NCBI GenBank assembly: GCA_964548195.1
Contig: CAZJQC010000018.1
Span: 1-25,798, forward strand
Length of the DNA stretch: 25,798 nt
From: an uncultured bacterium
GTDB taxonomy: Bacteria > Macinerneyibacteriota > Macinerneyibacteria > Macinerneyibacteriales > DSCS01
Reading direction: 5' to 3'
Below, piece by piece: positions 1 to 13,710 of the stretch. The notes beneath the pieces were generated by a model. The model worked only from the letters and a program-made list of their open reading frames with translations. It was not told where the DNA came from and searched no databases. Within the stretch, counting starts at the first letter, position 1. Each line of letters begins with the position of its first letter. Position numbers and translations under genes: made by a program.

Positions 1-761
1 TTTATAAGTATTGTATAAAAGATATCTTTCCATCCTTTTCGCCTCTCATGCACGCCGATCTCGTCAAAGTCCGTGCCGGCATATTTTTTAAAGGCTTCTT
101 CCACCGTGATCCTCTCATAGCCGTCAAGGGCTATGTCCTTGCCCTTGTAGCTGATACGGTCTTTCCCGGCAAGCTTTCTGAACAATGCCGCGCAATCGTC
201 CATGAGCGATTCATACGGCTCATATGCCCGGTACCATTCCAGCATCTGAAACTCCGGATTATGCAGAGGGCCGGGCCTGTCCCTGCGGAACACCGGCACG
301 ATTTGAAATAATTTTTCGGAAATACCGGAGACAAGCGCCTTTTTCATAAAATATTCGGGAGATGTGTGCATATAAAGGGCCTCGCCGGCAAACTCGGACT
401 CCAATGAGTCTATTGTGGGCTCCATGGCCGCGTATCTGGAGAGTACCGGAGTATTGATCTCCAGAAAGCCTTCGCCCCAGAAAAAGGACCGTGTCTCTGC
501 CGCCATAAGCTGCGCCCTGAGCAAGGTGCTTTTATAGTCGGTGTCATATACCGCGCGCTTCCAGTTGGCGGCTCCAGGGGGCATCTCTCCGCGTGTGAGC
601 AGCACACTGCTCTCAGCCTCGAACACTTCCCCGTTCATCTGTCCGTCAAGTTCGACGATATCGTACATCGAAAAACGGCATCCGCGTGTCTTGATGTATC
701 GCAGCCCCGTGAGAATATACTTGTCGCCTTCTATTTCGATGACTCTTCCCCTGAGTATCAT
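1..761 (-). CDS. epmA: EF-P lysine aminoacylase EpmA/GenX/PoxA (LysRS catalytic-domain paralog), 3' end cut by the window edge
   Basis: Not in the ORF track. Manual translation from the ATG at 761 (ATGA overlap with the rnz stop) is open to the window edge: MILRGRVIEIEG...RSFFWGEGFLEINTPVL...MEPTIDSL...LYMHTSPEYFMKKAL...LFQIVPVFRRDRPGPLHNPEFQMLEWYR. TSPE-x2-MK and HNPEFxMLEWY are EpmA signatures. Confidence 0.88.
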   Translation of the reverse strand, partial: MILRGRVIEIEGDKYILTGLRYIKTRGCRFSMYDIVELDGQMNGEVFEAESSVLLTRGEMPPGAANWKRAVYDTDYKSTLLRAQLMAAETRSFFWGEGFLEINTPVLSRYAAMEPTIDSLESEFAGEALYMHTSPEYFMKKALVSGISEKLFQIVPVFRRDRPGPLHNPEFQMLEWYRAYEPYESLMDDCAALFRKLAGKDRISYKGKDIALDGYERITVEEAFKKYAGTDFDEIGVHERRKGWKDIFYTILI

Positions 762-1651
762 ACCTCAAGCCTCATGCCGTCGTATGCGTAGATGATCCTG
801 ATGCCGTCGCGTTCCTCGTCCTTGAAGAGTTCAAGGTATCTCTGGCTGAAATGTGTCATGATCAATGTCCTGACGCCATGTTTTTGAGCCGTCTTGAAGG
901 CGTCTTCATGTGTTGAATGGCGGCCTCTTTTGGCATACCCCTTCTCGTCGTCCTTATAGGTGGCGTCATGTATAAGCACGTCCGCGCCCTCTGCCAGGGC
1001 ATGGCTGCCCTTGCACGGCTCCGTATCGAGTGAATACGATATGACCGCCCCTTTTTTCGTCTCGCCGAGAAAATCCGCGGGGACGAATGTGCGCCCCTGG
1101 AACTCTATGGTCTCCCCGTGCTGCAGCCTTCCGTAAAGAGGGCCCGCGGGAAGGCCGCATTCGGCGGCTTTTTTCGCGTCGAACCTGCCCGGCCTGTCGT
1201 TTTCAATAAACTTGAACCCGTATGTCCTGACGGTATGCCTCAATTCGACTGCTGTCACCGTGCTGATGTCATTGAACGCGTATACCCCGTTTTTCTCGAT
1301 CTCGGTGACTTCCAGGGGATACTGCAGGTCCGCATTGCTGAACCTGAGGTTGAAATCAAGGTATTCGTCTATGCCGGCCGGGCCGAATATGCTGAGCGGA
1401 GTCGTCCTGCCGTTGAGCGACATGGTGGTAAGCAGACCCATCAGGCCGAAAATATGGTCGCCGTGCACATGTGAAATAAAGACCGCTTTTATCTTCGAAT
1501 GTCTTAATCTTGATTTTTGTATCTGATGCTGGGTCGCCTCGCCGCAATCGAACAATGCGATGTCGCCGTCATGTATGATGGCCGTTGACGAATGGTTCCT
1601 GAACAACCCGGGTATGGCCGCCCCGGTACCCAACGTGACTATTTCAATCAT
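758..1651 (-). CDS. rnz: Ribonuclease Z (metallo-beta-lactamase fold)
   Basis: LGTGAAIP, FDCGEATQ, SHVHGDH metal motif, GP-rich exosite (GLPAGPLYGRL), DT, HDATY, HST and THFSQRY motifs. Confidence 0.95.
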   Translation of the reverse strand: MIEIVTLGTGAAIPGLFRNHSSTAIIHDGDIALFDCGEATQHQIQKSRLRHSKIKAVFISHVHGDHIFGLMGLLTTMSLNGRTTPLSIFGPAGIDEYLDFNLRFSNADLQYPLEVTEIEKNGVYAFNDISTVTAVELRHTVRTYGFKFIENDRPGRFDAKKAAECGLPAGPLYGRLQHGETIEFQGRTFVPADFLGETKKGAVISYSLDTEPCKGSHALAEGADVLIHDATYKDDEKGYAKRGRHSTHEDAFKTAQKHGVRTLIMTHFSQRYLELFKDEERDGIRIIYAYDGMRLEV

Positions 1652-1694
1652 ATAAAACCTTCCAGCCTTTCAGCCCCTCCCCCGGGACAAGCTG

Positions 1695-1723
1695 ATTCTA
1701 AAATAATTTGAATATGCTGTCAA
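1695..1723 (-). promoter_or_regulatory. sigma70-type promoter for rnz-epmA
   Basis: The minus strand reads TTGACA (1723-1718), 17 nt, TAGAAT (1700-1695), in the intergenic gap upstream of rnz. Confidence 0.75.
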
Positions 1724-1746
1724 TGGAGTTCTGACATGGCGGGATC

Positions 1747-2109
1747 TCAGTAGCTATTTACCATGCTCGATTCCTCCGCATCCTTAAACTCGACCACTAT
1801 GCGGTCTTTTTGAATATCTCTGAATGTCATCACTGAAAATGAGCATTTTATTTTCTTGCCCGGCTTATCATGGCTGATATTGGTAAAGGCCGTCTTAAAT
1901 CCCGACGAGAATCTGACAGATTCCCCTTTTTTCACGCTGAGTAAAGAGTTTAGGCCAAATCCTCCCTGGCCGACAGAATTACCATATCCAAGATTCACAC
2001 TCCAAATATCGTCCTCTTTTTCCTCAGCTCCCATAAAAAATATATTCATATTCATACTGAGATTTCCCTTTGTGCCCAGCCTGTCTCCAATAAAAAATTC
2101 CCCTGTCAC
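1747..2109 (-). CDS. Hypothetical protein (120 aa)
   Basis: GTG start overlaps the upstream stop (GTGA) and is preceded by AAGGAGG. It fills the gap at the end of the operon. No motif recognised. Confidence 0.6.
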   Translation of the reverse strand: MTGEFFIGDRLGTKGNLSMNMNIFFMGAEEKEDDIWSVNLGYGNSVGQGGFGLNSLLSVKKGESVRFSSGFKTAFTNISHDKPGKKIKCSFSVMTFRDIQKDRIVVEFKDAEESSMVNSY

Positions 2110-2987
2110 ATCTCCTCCTTTATATCGCCGGCCCTGACAAAAAACAACTCTCTTTGTTCATTTGTGATGACAATGCCGTCCCGATAGAAACAAACACCCT
2201 CGCATTTCTTAAAGTCGCCCGGAGCAAATTCCCGTCTCTCCGGCGCGATGATGTCTTCACCGTCAAAGCCGGCGATTATGATCCCTTCATATGTAAGCAG
2301 CGCCAGCATGCCGCCTTTCATGTCGGCGGATGTGACGGGCGCTCCCGCCCTGAAGGCGCCGTTCATCCGAAGGATGACCCTGTCGCCGTCCGTATCCGGA
2401 AGACCGCATGAATAGATGGCGGAGAGTCCGCCTTTTTTCGATTTCGTGAAAAAATAAAGCCTTCCCTCATAAAAACATACGGCTTCGCAGTCATGGCCCG
2501 ATACCGACGGGCCATCCGGCGGCTGTTCCGGATATTCGACAAAAAAACGCATCAGGACGTTTGCCGATCTCTCTTCGGGCGCGGGCTCTTTGACCACGTA
2601 GATGCAAATATCATCGCGGCGCCTCAGATTGTCGCCCGTGTCGGCGATAAATATCCGCCCGTCGCCGTCGGATGCGATGTCTTCCCAGTCTCTGTTTACA
2701 GCTCCCCTTACAAGCGTACCCCGGGGATTGACGGAAACACCGTAAATATCGGCATGAAAAAGCCTGGCATCGTTGCCGGAGTCGTTTATAAGCCAGAAAC
2801 CGCCATGGACATCGGACGGTATTATCCCGGAACATTCCCTGAGGCCGGGGATCTCCATGACCGACGAAGTCACTGTTTCTATGCCGTCGGACTCAGCCAT
2901 GGAAAACCGGTTGTTTTCAATTGTGGCGTATGTCACACAGCCGGAAAATAAAAATAAAAAGGCAATCCATGCCCTGTATAATGTCAT
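2106..2987 (-). CDS. Predicted lipoprotein, probable beta-propeller (SdiA-regulated/phytase-like)
   Basis: Lipobox LFSG-C after a hydrophobic stretch; ECSGI, NDSGN, DWEDIA, DTGDN, DCEA and CEGV motifs spaced like propeller blades; ATGA overlap with the upstream gene. Confidence 0.7.
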   Translation of the reverse strand: MTLYRAWIAFLFLFSGCVTYATIENNRFSMAESDGIETVTSSVMEIPGLRECSGIIPSDVHGGFWLINDSGNDARLFHADIYGVSVNPRGTLVRGAVNRDWEDIASDGDGRIFIADTGDNLRRRDDICIYVVKEPAPEERSANVLMRFFVEYPEQPPDGPSVSGHDCEAVCFYEGRLYFFTKSKKGGLSAIYSCGLPDTDGDRVILRMNGAFRAGAPVTSADMKGGMLALLTYEGIIIAGFDGEDIIAPERREFAPGDFKKCEGVCFYRDGIVITNEQRELFFVRAGDIKEEM

Positions 2988-4689
2988 TCCGTCACCGGCT
3001 TAAGCACCATGCGCGTCTTAAATCCCATATCCCGCTCTCCCTCGACCGCTATGCCTTCCAGAAGGAGGAAATCCGGGGAGATCACTGAGACCGGCACGTT
3101 AAAATAATCTCGTTTAAGCTCGACATCATCCGCTCCGAGTCCGCCCGCCGCGATGACATTGTATAATGTATCCGCATTCAGGTTCAGAGCAGCGGCCCCG
3201 CGCAGGGGTATTCTCGTGCCGTCCTTTTTGACCATATATATTTCAGCCGGGGCCATCCCCTCGGACGATACACCGGAACCTTCGGTAAGGCCGTCCAAAT
3301 ATCCGGGATATTTCAGGCGCGCCACCTCTATGTAATAGTCATAGCCGTCAGCAAGAGCCGTCTCAATGGCGGTCTTCTCCGCCTCCGCCGCAGTGACGCT
3401 TGCGTTTGAAGTCACCTTTATAACGCCCGGCGATACCAGCGCCGCCCAGGGGGAGGCCCAATGGTAGTGGCCGTTCATCGGCAGAGATACTTTGGCGGGC
3501 GTCCTTGAGTTCAGCAGCGACCGCAGCATGCCGTTTTCCACCAGTATGGTCTCCGCGTCCGGCATCATCCCTTCCGCGTCGAACCGGTAGGAACCGCTTA
3601 AATCACGTCCATCCCATCGGCTTAAGGCGGGGCATGCGGTGACCGTCAATTGCGAAGATATGATCTTCCTGCCGATACGCTTTTCCATCTTTCCGGAATT
3701 ACCGTCCGGGTCCGATAGCGCCACCCTTTCATCGGCATATACCGGCAGGCGTCTGGAGATCAGAGGCGCCGCGCCGCCGAACAGGGCTTCCGCGATCAGT
3801 GTCTTCGCGGCCCTTCCCGTAAACATGACAGGCCCTCTGTAATAATCGTCGAACACAGGGGCGTCCTTTTGGGATACAAGTCTTTTCGCCATATGATCGG
3901 CTTTGTCCCTGAGTCTGCCAAAGTCTCCAGGCCCGGGGTATATCTCCTTGATGACATCGCCCGAGACACTGCCGTCACCGTTCATAAGCACGCCGCCAAA
4001 AGCGATCTCGATAAAGGATCTCGGGTAGATCGCCTGCGATCCTTCGGAATCCGTGTAATAGACCGTCATATCAAAGACATTGACTTCGGCATATGAATCG
4101 AATATATCCGGGTATGAACGAAAGACATCTGAAATGGAATCGGCAAGCCCTGCCGTTTCCTCTTCCGAAAGTGTCGCTTTTATCGTTTCATCAAAGTATG
4201 TTTCCGGCGCTTTTCCGGCAAAATCGGGCAATCCGCCGTTCAGTCCGCGCTCTTTGAATACGCTCTTTTTTTCCTCGAAGACGGCGACATTCCCCTTATA
4301 GGCCTCATCTGAGAGAAGCCAGAAGGCTCTTTTGATGCTTTCCGCGTCGCATACGCCGGAAACGGCCCGGTCCTGGCGGAACGCGCTGAAAAGGTTATTG
4401 TAATTGAGGTAATTGTCGCCGCTGAAAAGGTAATCGCCGTTCTTAAGCGATACCCTGACCACGCCGTAGGGAGCGGATACCCTGACGGTAGGCGTTCCCA
4501 GTACTGACCTTATCCTTTTGATCTTCATGTCCCTGTATGTATATGAGATAAAAAAAGGAGGCGGGAAATCCTCGGTGCTGAGCCCCCTGATATTCCGGTC
4601 AAGTTCCTCGTTCATGGCCCGCAGTACATCCGAAGGGCGTGCGGTGAGTACAGCCGTAAAAAGCATGAGCAGCATCAGTACGGATCTTT

Positions 4690-4693
<4 letters not shown>
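2984..4693 (-). CDS. PmbA/TldE-like non-catalytic subunit of a TldD/PmbA metalloprotease, with signal peptide
   Basis: Start reassigned to the GTG at 4693 (GTGA overlap with the tldD stop), giving MKRSVLMLLMLFTAVLTA-RPS. It has YRGPVMFTG, SYRFDAEG, LVENGMLRSLLNSRTP and NGH motifs parallel to TldD, and lacks HExxxH (AEALFG at that position). Confidence 0.8.
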
Positions 4694-9453
<4,760 letters not shown>

Positions 9454-9457
<4 letters not shown>

Positions 9458-10119
9458 AAGAACTTCAGTATCCTTTCAAAACGGATCTTACGCCGGTTTT
9501 TATCCATGGAGAAATATATGGTCAACGGAGTGCCTATCACCCTTTTGCCTGAAACGGTACCGAAAAATCGGCTGTCATGCGAATCATCACGATTGTCGCC
9601 CATCATGAAATAATGGCCTTCGGGTATGGTCACAGGGCCGAAATTGTCTCTGGGAAACATCTCTCGGGGGTAGATGCGCGCATCCACGTGTTTGACATAG
9701 TCCTCGTTCATCGCTTTGCCGTCGACATAAAGTATCTTCTCCCGCACTTCCACGGTCTGTCCGCCGCCTGCTATACATCGTTTTATCAGCCTTATGTTGT
9801 CAGGTTTTTTCCAAAAGGCTACTTTGTCCCAGAATGACGGCATGGGGCCTTCGGGGCTCCAGAAGACCACAATATCGCCGGGAACGGGGTCCCTGAAGCC
9901 CGGCACTCTTATGTCCGTGAGCGGGACCTTTCCGCCAAAGGTGAACTTGTCCACCATAAGGTAGTCCCCGATCAGCAATGTGTCCTTCATGGAACCGCTG
10001 GGTATCATGTATCCGGAGATCAGGAAGGGTTTGACAATAAAAAGGAAGACCAGCAACGACCAGATCACCGCATTTTTCCATTCAATGATCTCTTTGAATA
10101 TTTTTTTCTTTTCCATCAT
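9454..10119 (-). CDS. lepB: Signal peptidase I
   Basis: N-terminal TM helix, IPSGSM (catalytic Ser), IKR (catalytic Lys), GDNRDDSHDSRFFG. Confidence 0.96.
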
Positions 10120-10127
10120 ACCTCCGT

Positions 10128-10586
10128 TTATCTGTTATATTTCCCGCCATGCAGAAGATCCACGGCCCTGTAAAGCTGCTCTGCGAGGAGCAGGAGGGCT
10201 ATTTCGTGGTTGAATGTGAGCGGGCTCAATGATATTGCCGTGTCAAAAAGACCTTTCAGCCCGGGCTCCACGCCGTAGTAGTTGCCTATGTAGAAGGAAA
10301 GCCTTCTGCCCGCATCCACATGGCCTCCGATCATCCTTGAAAAACCCTCGGTATCAAGGCTTTTACCTTGCGCATCCAGCAGGACCTTGTGGTTGCTGTC
10401 TCTGAGCAGGGCCTTTTCCAGCACCGCGCTCTCCCTTTTGATCTTTTCGGATTCATTGTGGCTTTTAGCCTCATGCAGCTCCGACATCTTCAATGGCATA
10501 AACTTTGAAAGGGCCTTGGCGTAATAGGCGGCGGCCTTTTCAAGGCCTGCATGCTTAAAACGTCCGAAATAATAGATCTCTATCAT
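10128..10586 (-). CDS. rlmH: 23S rRNA pseudouridine(1915)-N3-methyltransferase (SPOUT)
   Basis: LDAQGK, SLSPLTFNHE, EQLYRA and terminal Y-x-R; directly follows rsfS, the usual arrangement. Confidence 0.88.
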   Translation of the reverse strand: MIEIYYFGRFKHAGLEKAAAYYAKALSKFMPLKMSELHEAKSHNESEKIKRESAVLEKALLRDSNHKVLLDAQGKSLDTEGFSRMIGGHVDAGRRLSFYIGNYYGVEPGLKGLFDTAISLSPLTFNHEIALLLLAEQLYRAVDLLHGGKYNR

Positions 10587-10918
10587 ATGAGGTCTATTCT
10601 CTTCCCGTCTCCGAAGAGGTTTTCCAGATCGTAATACTCCCGTTTGGCAGAAGTGAAAAGATGTATCATGAAATCAAAATAATCGATTATTATCCACTCC
10701 CCGTTATCATATCCGTCCATCCGCCAGTACTTAAGCTGCTGTGCGTCACGAAGTTCACGCACCACTCTGTCGGCAAGCCCCTTGACCTGTTTTTCCGTCT
10801 CGGCGGAGACAAAGACCATATAATCCGTGACAGGCGAGATCTTCCTGACGTCTATTACCGATATGTTTTCACCCTTGTTATCGTCCAGTGTCTTTACTGC
10901 GGTTTCAATCATTTTCAT
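10583..10918 (-). CDS. rsfS: Ribosome silencing factor RsfS (Iojap)
   Basis: LDDNKGENI-x2-IDV, TDYMVF, WIIIDY, IHLF...REYYDLENL. Confidence 0.93.
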   Translation of the reverse strand: MKMIETAVKTLDDNKGENISVIDVRKISPVTDYMVFVSAETEKQVKGLADRVVRELRDAQQLKYWRMDGYDNGEWIIIDYFDFMIHLFTSAKREYYDLENLFGDGKRIDLI

Positions 10919-11366
10919 CTAAAGGCCATCCTCCCAATAAATTGTTAACCCTGATATTGTCATTATCCAATGCATCACTCCCGAGAATAACGGTGGCATC
11001 GACGTGTTCCGAAACGGCCTTGTCGTCATATATTGTTACATACCCGTCGCTTTTCAGGAAATATGTCAGCACTCCCATCTTCGCTTCGTTATCGCCGCAA
11101 TGATCTATCACCATCGTCTTCTCAAAACGCACGCTGCCGGCATTGCCGAACTCGACAACATCAAAGCCGTTTCGCCTCAATACCTTTGTCACTTTATACG
11201 CGAGTCCTTCTATAGTGGTGCCGTTAAGCACCTGTATGCGTATAGTGCCTCTGGGATAATTTTTATAGAACTCCGCTTTTTTGTTTTTTTCATTCACCTG
11301 CCACGCAGTCACGACGGAAGCCGTCACAGCGAGAGCGATGAGTATGCGGGTTATTTTTTTATCCAT
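10905..11366 (-). CDS. Membrane-anchored LytR C-terminal domain protein
   Basis: Start reassigned to the ATG at 11366 (MDKKITRILIALAVTASVVTAW, one TM helix). IQVLNGTTIEGLA...LRRNGFDVVEFGNA...DATVILGSD is the LytR_C pattern. Confidence 0.85.
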   Translation of the reverse strand: MDKKITRILIALAVTASVVTAWQVNEKNKKAEFYKNYPRGTIRIQVLNGTTIEGLAYKVTKVLRRNGFDVVEFGNAGSVRFEKTMVIDHCGDNEAKMGVLTYFLKSDGYVTIYDDKAVSEHVDATVILGSDALDNDNIRVNNLLGGWPLDEND

Positions 11367-11929
11367 CCGTACAGGCCCTCCCGGGTAATGATACTCCATA
11401 CTTCGCCCGGCATCAACCGGGAACAGTCGTCTCCCCGCTCTATCATCATACGGATGCGGGAAGAGGAAACATCGTCCGTGACGGCCGGAAGAAGGCGGAT
11501 CCGGTCGCCCCATTTTTCCTTCAGGCCGGAAAAACCGTATCCCTTTCTGGGAAACACGGCGATCCGCGCGCGTTCCATTATCTCCCTGTAATCCCGCCAC
11601 TTTTCCAGCTCCCATGCGGAATCGGCGCCTATTATGAGATACAGGTCGCCTTTGCCCTCAAGGCTTCGCAAGGTCTCCACGGTATAGGAGACTGAACCGC
11701 GCAGTATTTCGTCGGAAGAGACAGTCACGCGGGGGTCATCGATGAAACTCCTCAACATCTTGAGCCGCATATGGCCCGGCGCTTTCGGCCCGCCGGTTTT
11801 CAGCGGCTGGATCCCGGCCGGTATGACCAGCAGCTTGTCAAGTTCCAAGGATGACAAAGAGGTTTTTATAATATGTGAATGGTAATTATGCGGAGGATCG
11901 AACGATCCTCCGAAAATGCCCAGCCTCAT
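11351..11929 (-). CDS. nadD: Nicotinate-nucleotide adenylyltransferase
   Basis: IFGGSFDPPH, SYTVETL, LIIGADS, W, VSSSRIR; sits in the nadD-rsfS-rlmH neighbourhood. The HxGH motif reads HNYH. Confidence 0.9.
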   Translation of the reverse strand: MRLGIFGGSFDPPHNYHSHIIKTSLSSLELDKLLVIPAGIQPLKTGGPKAPGHMRLKMLRSFIDDPRVTVSSDEILRGSVSYTVETLRSLEGKGDLYLIIGADSAWELEKWRDYREIMERARIAVFPRKGYGFSGLKEKWGDRIRLLPAVTDDVSSSRIRMMIERGDDCSRLMPGEVWSIITREGLYGWIKK

Positions 11930-12687
11930 CTCATTTTTCTGATTTTTGCATTCAGTTTTGTGATCTTTTTGCCCATCTTTTCACCGACAGCCTTCATGTC
12001 CACCGTGTTCAATACCGCAAGAGCCTTATCCTTTTCCCCCATCGCATAATAGTTGTAGGCCTTCATATAATTGAGCATGTGCACCGCGCCGGTATCATCA
12101 TATTCTTTCAGGGCCTTGTCGATGATCTGGAGGGATATATCGTAATGCTTTGTCTTCAGATAAAAGCGGGCAATATAGTATTCCTTAAGAGCCAGCGTAT
12201 TCCTGCAGTCCTTGTTCAGGGCGGCGGCCTCATCCTTGAAGGGAGAATCCATCCTCATGACCTTGTCAAAATAATATATGGCTTTTTTTGTGGATTCCTG
12301 ATCCCTTTCCGGAATGCTCTTCTGGGCATAATAGGCTTTGCCTATCCTGTAATAAGAGTCGTCGACATATGCGCTGCCCGGGTATTTGTCTATAAGCCTT
12401 TGATATGCGGCTATGCTTTCCTCATACTTTTTTTTATTGAAATACGACTCCGCGATCAGAAACTGGACTTCGGGCGCATGCGAGCTTCCCGGGAAATCGG
12501 AAAGGAAATACTGGGCTTCCTCCCTGAAGGTGTCATATTTACCGTTCTGATACAGTGAGTCCACCTTCTGTATGTATTCGGTTTCCGACAAGAGCACCTT
12601 TACATTTTTTTTCGTGCAGCCTATCACGGCGGCGGCTATCCCTGCTGCTACTATTAAAAACAGAATCTTTTTATTCACCGTAACCAC
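11926..12687 (-). CDS. bamD: Outer membrane protein assembly factor BamD (TPR lipoprotein)
   Basis: Lipobox VIG-C; FPGS, YPGS-x-YVDDSYYRIG, ERDQESTKKA, LALKEYYIARFY are BamD/YfiO-type features. Confidence 0.85.
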   Translation of the reverse strand: MVTVNKKILFLIVAAGIAAAVIGCTKKNVKVLLSETEYIQKVDSLYQNGKYDTFREEAQYFLSDFPGSSHAPEVQFLIAESYFNKKKYEESIAAYQRLIDKYPGSAYVDDSYYRIGKAYYAQKSIPERDQESTKKAIYYFDKVMRMDSPFKDEAAALNKDCRNTLALKEYYIARFYLKTKHYDISLQIIDKALKEYDDTGAVHMLNYMKAYNYYAMGEKDKALAVLNTVDMKAVGEKMGKKITKLNAKIRKMR

Positions 12688-12693
12688 TCCTCG

Positions 12694-13599
12694 TCATTTT
12701 AACTCCTGCAGTTTCTGCATCGCGTACAAAGTGTTTCGCTGCTTTCTGTAGGGGTCGTTTTTCACTATGGCCTCATATGCTTCCACGGCCTTTTCCCTGT
12801 TCCCGGTCTTCAGATAAGAATCGCCGACGATCCTTCTGACGTCGTCCAGCCACAGTTTGGGCTTGCCGATGCTGAGCACTGTAAGCCCCCGCTGAAGAGC
12901 TTCGGCATAGTCGCCCCTGTTAAAAGCCCTCTCACAAAGATTGTAATTTATGCTGCCTATCTCAAAATATATGATCTGCTTCTGAGGATGCTCCGGGTAT
13001 TCCTCAAGCAGCTGATTATAGCTGATATTCGCATTCTCATAATCACCTATTTCATAATAACTTTTGCAGATGCGATACTTCACTGTCTGTTTTACCTCCG
13101 GGGGAAGCTGTTCACTTTCCATGACGGTCAGATAAAAAGTAAGCGCCTTCTGATAATCAAACTTTTCTTCATAGTATTTGTTCCCGAGATGCAGCGCATA
13201 ATCGTCGCCGATGTCATAGTCAGGCTTGACCGATATGATCTTTTCAAAAGCGTCGTACATATTATCGATACGGTTTACCGATTCAAGCTCTCTGGCAAAG
13301 TCATAATACGCGTCGGCCACATCGCCCTTATATTTTTCCCCGCCGTACAGCAGTGTCTTGTTCATGTTTATGACAAATTCGCCGTATCGCAGCCTTTTCA
13401 TATTAGCCATCGCAAGCCAATAATAAGCGTCCGGAGATTTCGGGCCGATCTTGGCCGCCTTTTCAAAATATCCGATCGCATCCACCACCTTGCTTTTCTC
13501 AAGCGCGGACTTGCCGTCATTTATCAATGCCCGGTATTTGCCGCCGCAGGCGGACAAGAGCAGCACAGTCAATGTGATCAAAATTATACGCATCCTCAT
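12694..13599 (-). CDS. Tetratricopeptide-repeat lipoprotein
   Basis: Lipobox LSA-C; several TPR units (AIGYFEKAAKIGPKSPDAYYWLA; YYEIGDYENA...EYPEHP; GDSYLKTGNREKAVEAYE). Confidence 0.85.
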   Translation of the reverse strand: MRMRIILITLTVLLLSACGGKYRALINDGKSALEKSKVVDAIGYFEKAAKIGPKSPDAYYWLAMANMKRLRYGEFVINMNKTLLYGGEKYKGDVADAYYDFARELESVNRIDNMYDAFEKIISVKPDYDIGDDYALHLGNKYYEEKFDYQKALTFYLTVMESEQLPPEVKQTVKYRICKSYYEIGDYENANISYNQLLEEYPEHPQKQIIYFEIGSINYNLCERAFNRGDYAEALQRGLTVLSIGKPKLWLDDVRRIVGDSYLKTGNREKAVEAYEAIVKNDPYRKQRNTLYAMQKLQELK

Positions 13600-13621
13600 A
13601 TCTCACTTCCTTTTCTATACG

Positions 13622-13649
13622 ATAATAAATAATATCTAAAATTTGTCAA
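13622..13649 (-). promoter_or_regulatory. sigma70-type promoter for the TPR-bamD-...-tldD operon
   Basis: The minus strand reads TTGACA (13649-13644), 16 nt, TATTAT (13627-13622), in the AT-rich divergent gap. Confidence 0.6.
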
Positions 13650-13660
13650 GATATGTATTT

Positions 13661-13693
13661 TTGACTTTACACCCTTTTCATCTCGGTTAGAAT
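13661..13693 (+). promoter_or_regulatory. Putative sigma70-type promoter for the RlmI-like/HAD unit
   Basis: TTTACA (13666-13671), 16 nt, TAGAAT (13688-13693); TTGACT also occurs at 13661. AGGCGG precedes the ATG at 13711. Confidence 0.5.
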
Positions 13694-13710
13694 CCAGTTA
13701 AGGCGGTTAT

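Noticed and set aside
48..795. Short track ORFs at the left edge (87, 67, 65 and 84 aa)
   Set aside because: All are alternative-frame or antisense fragments over the continuous epmA frame.
11367..11615. N-terminal extension of the 236-aa ORF
   Set aside because: It lies inside nadD in another frame. The ATG at 11366 directly precedes the TM anchor.
11004..13632. Plus-strand ORFs of 195, 227 and 214 aa
   Set aside because: They are antisense shadows of the LytR_C/nadD, bamD and TPR genes, with no protein-family features.
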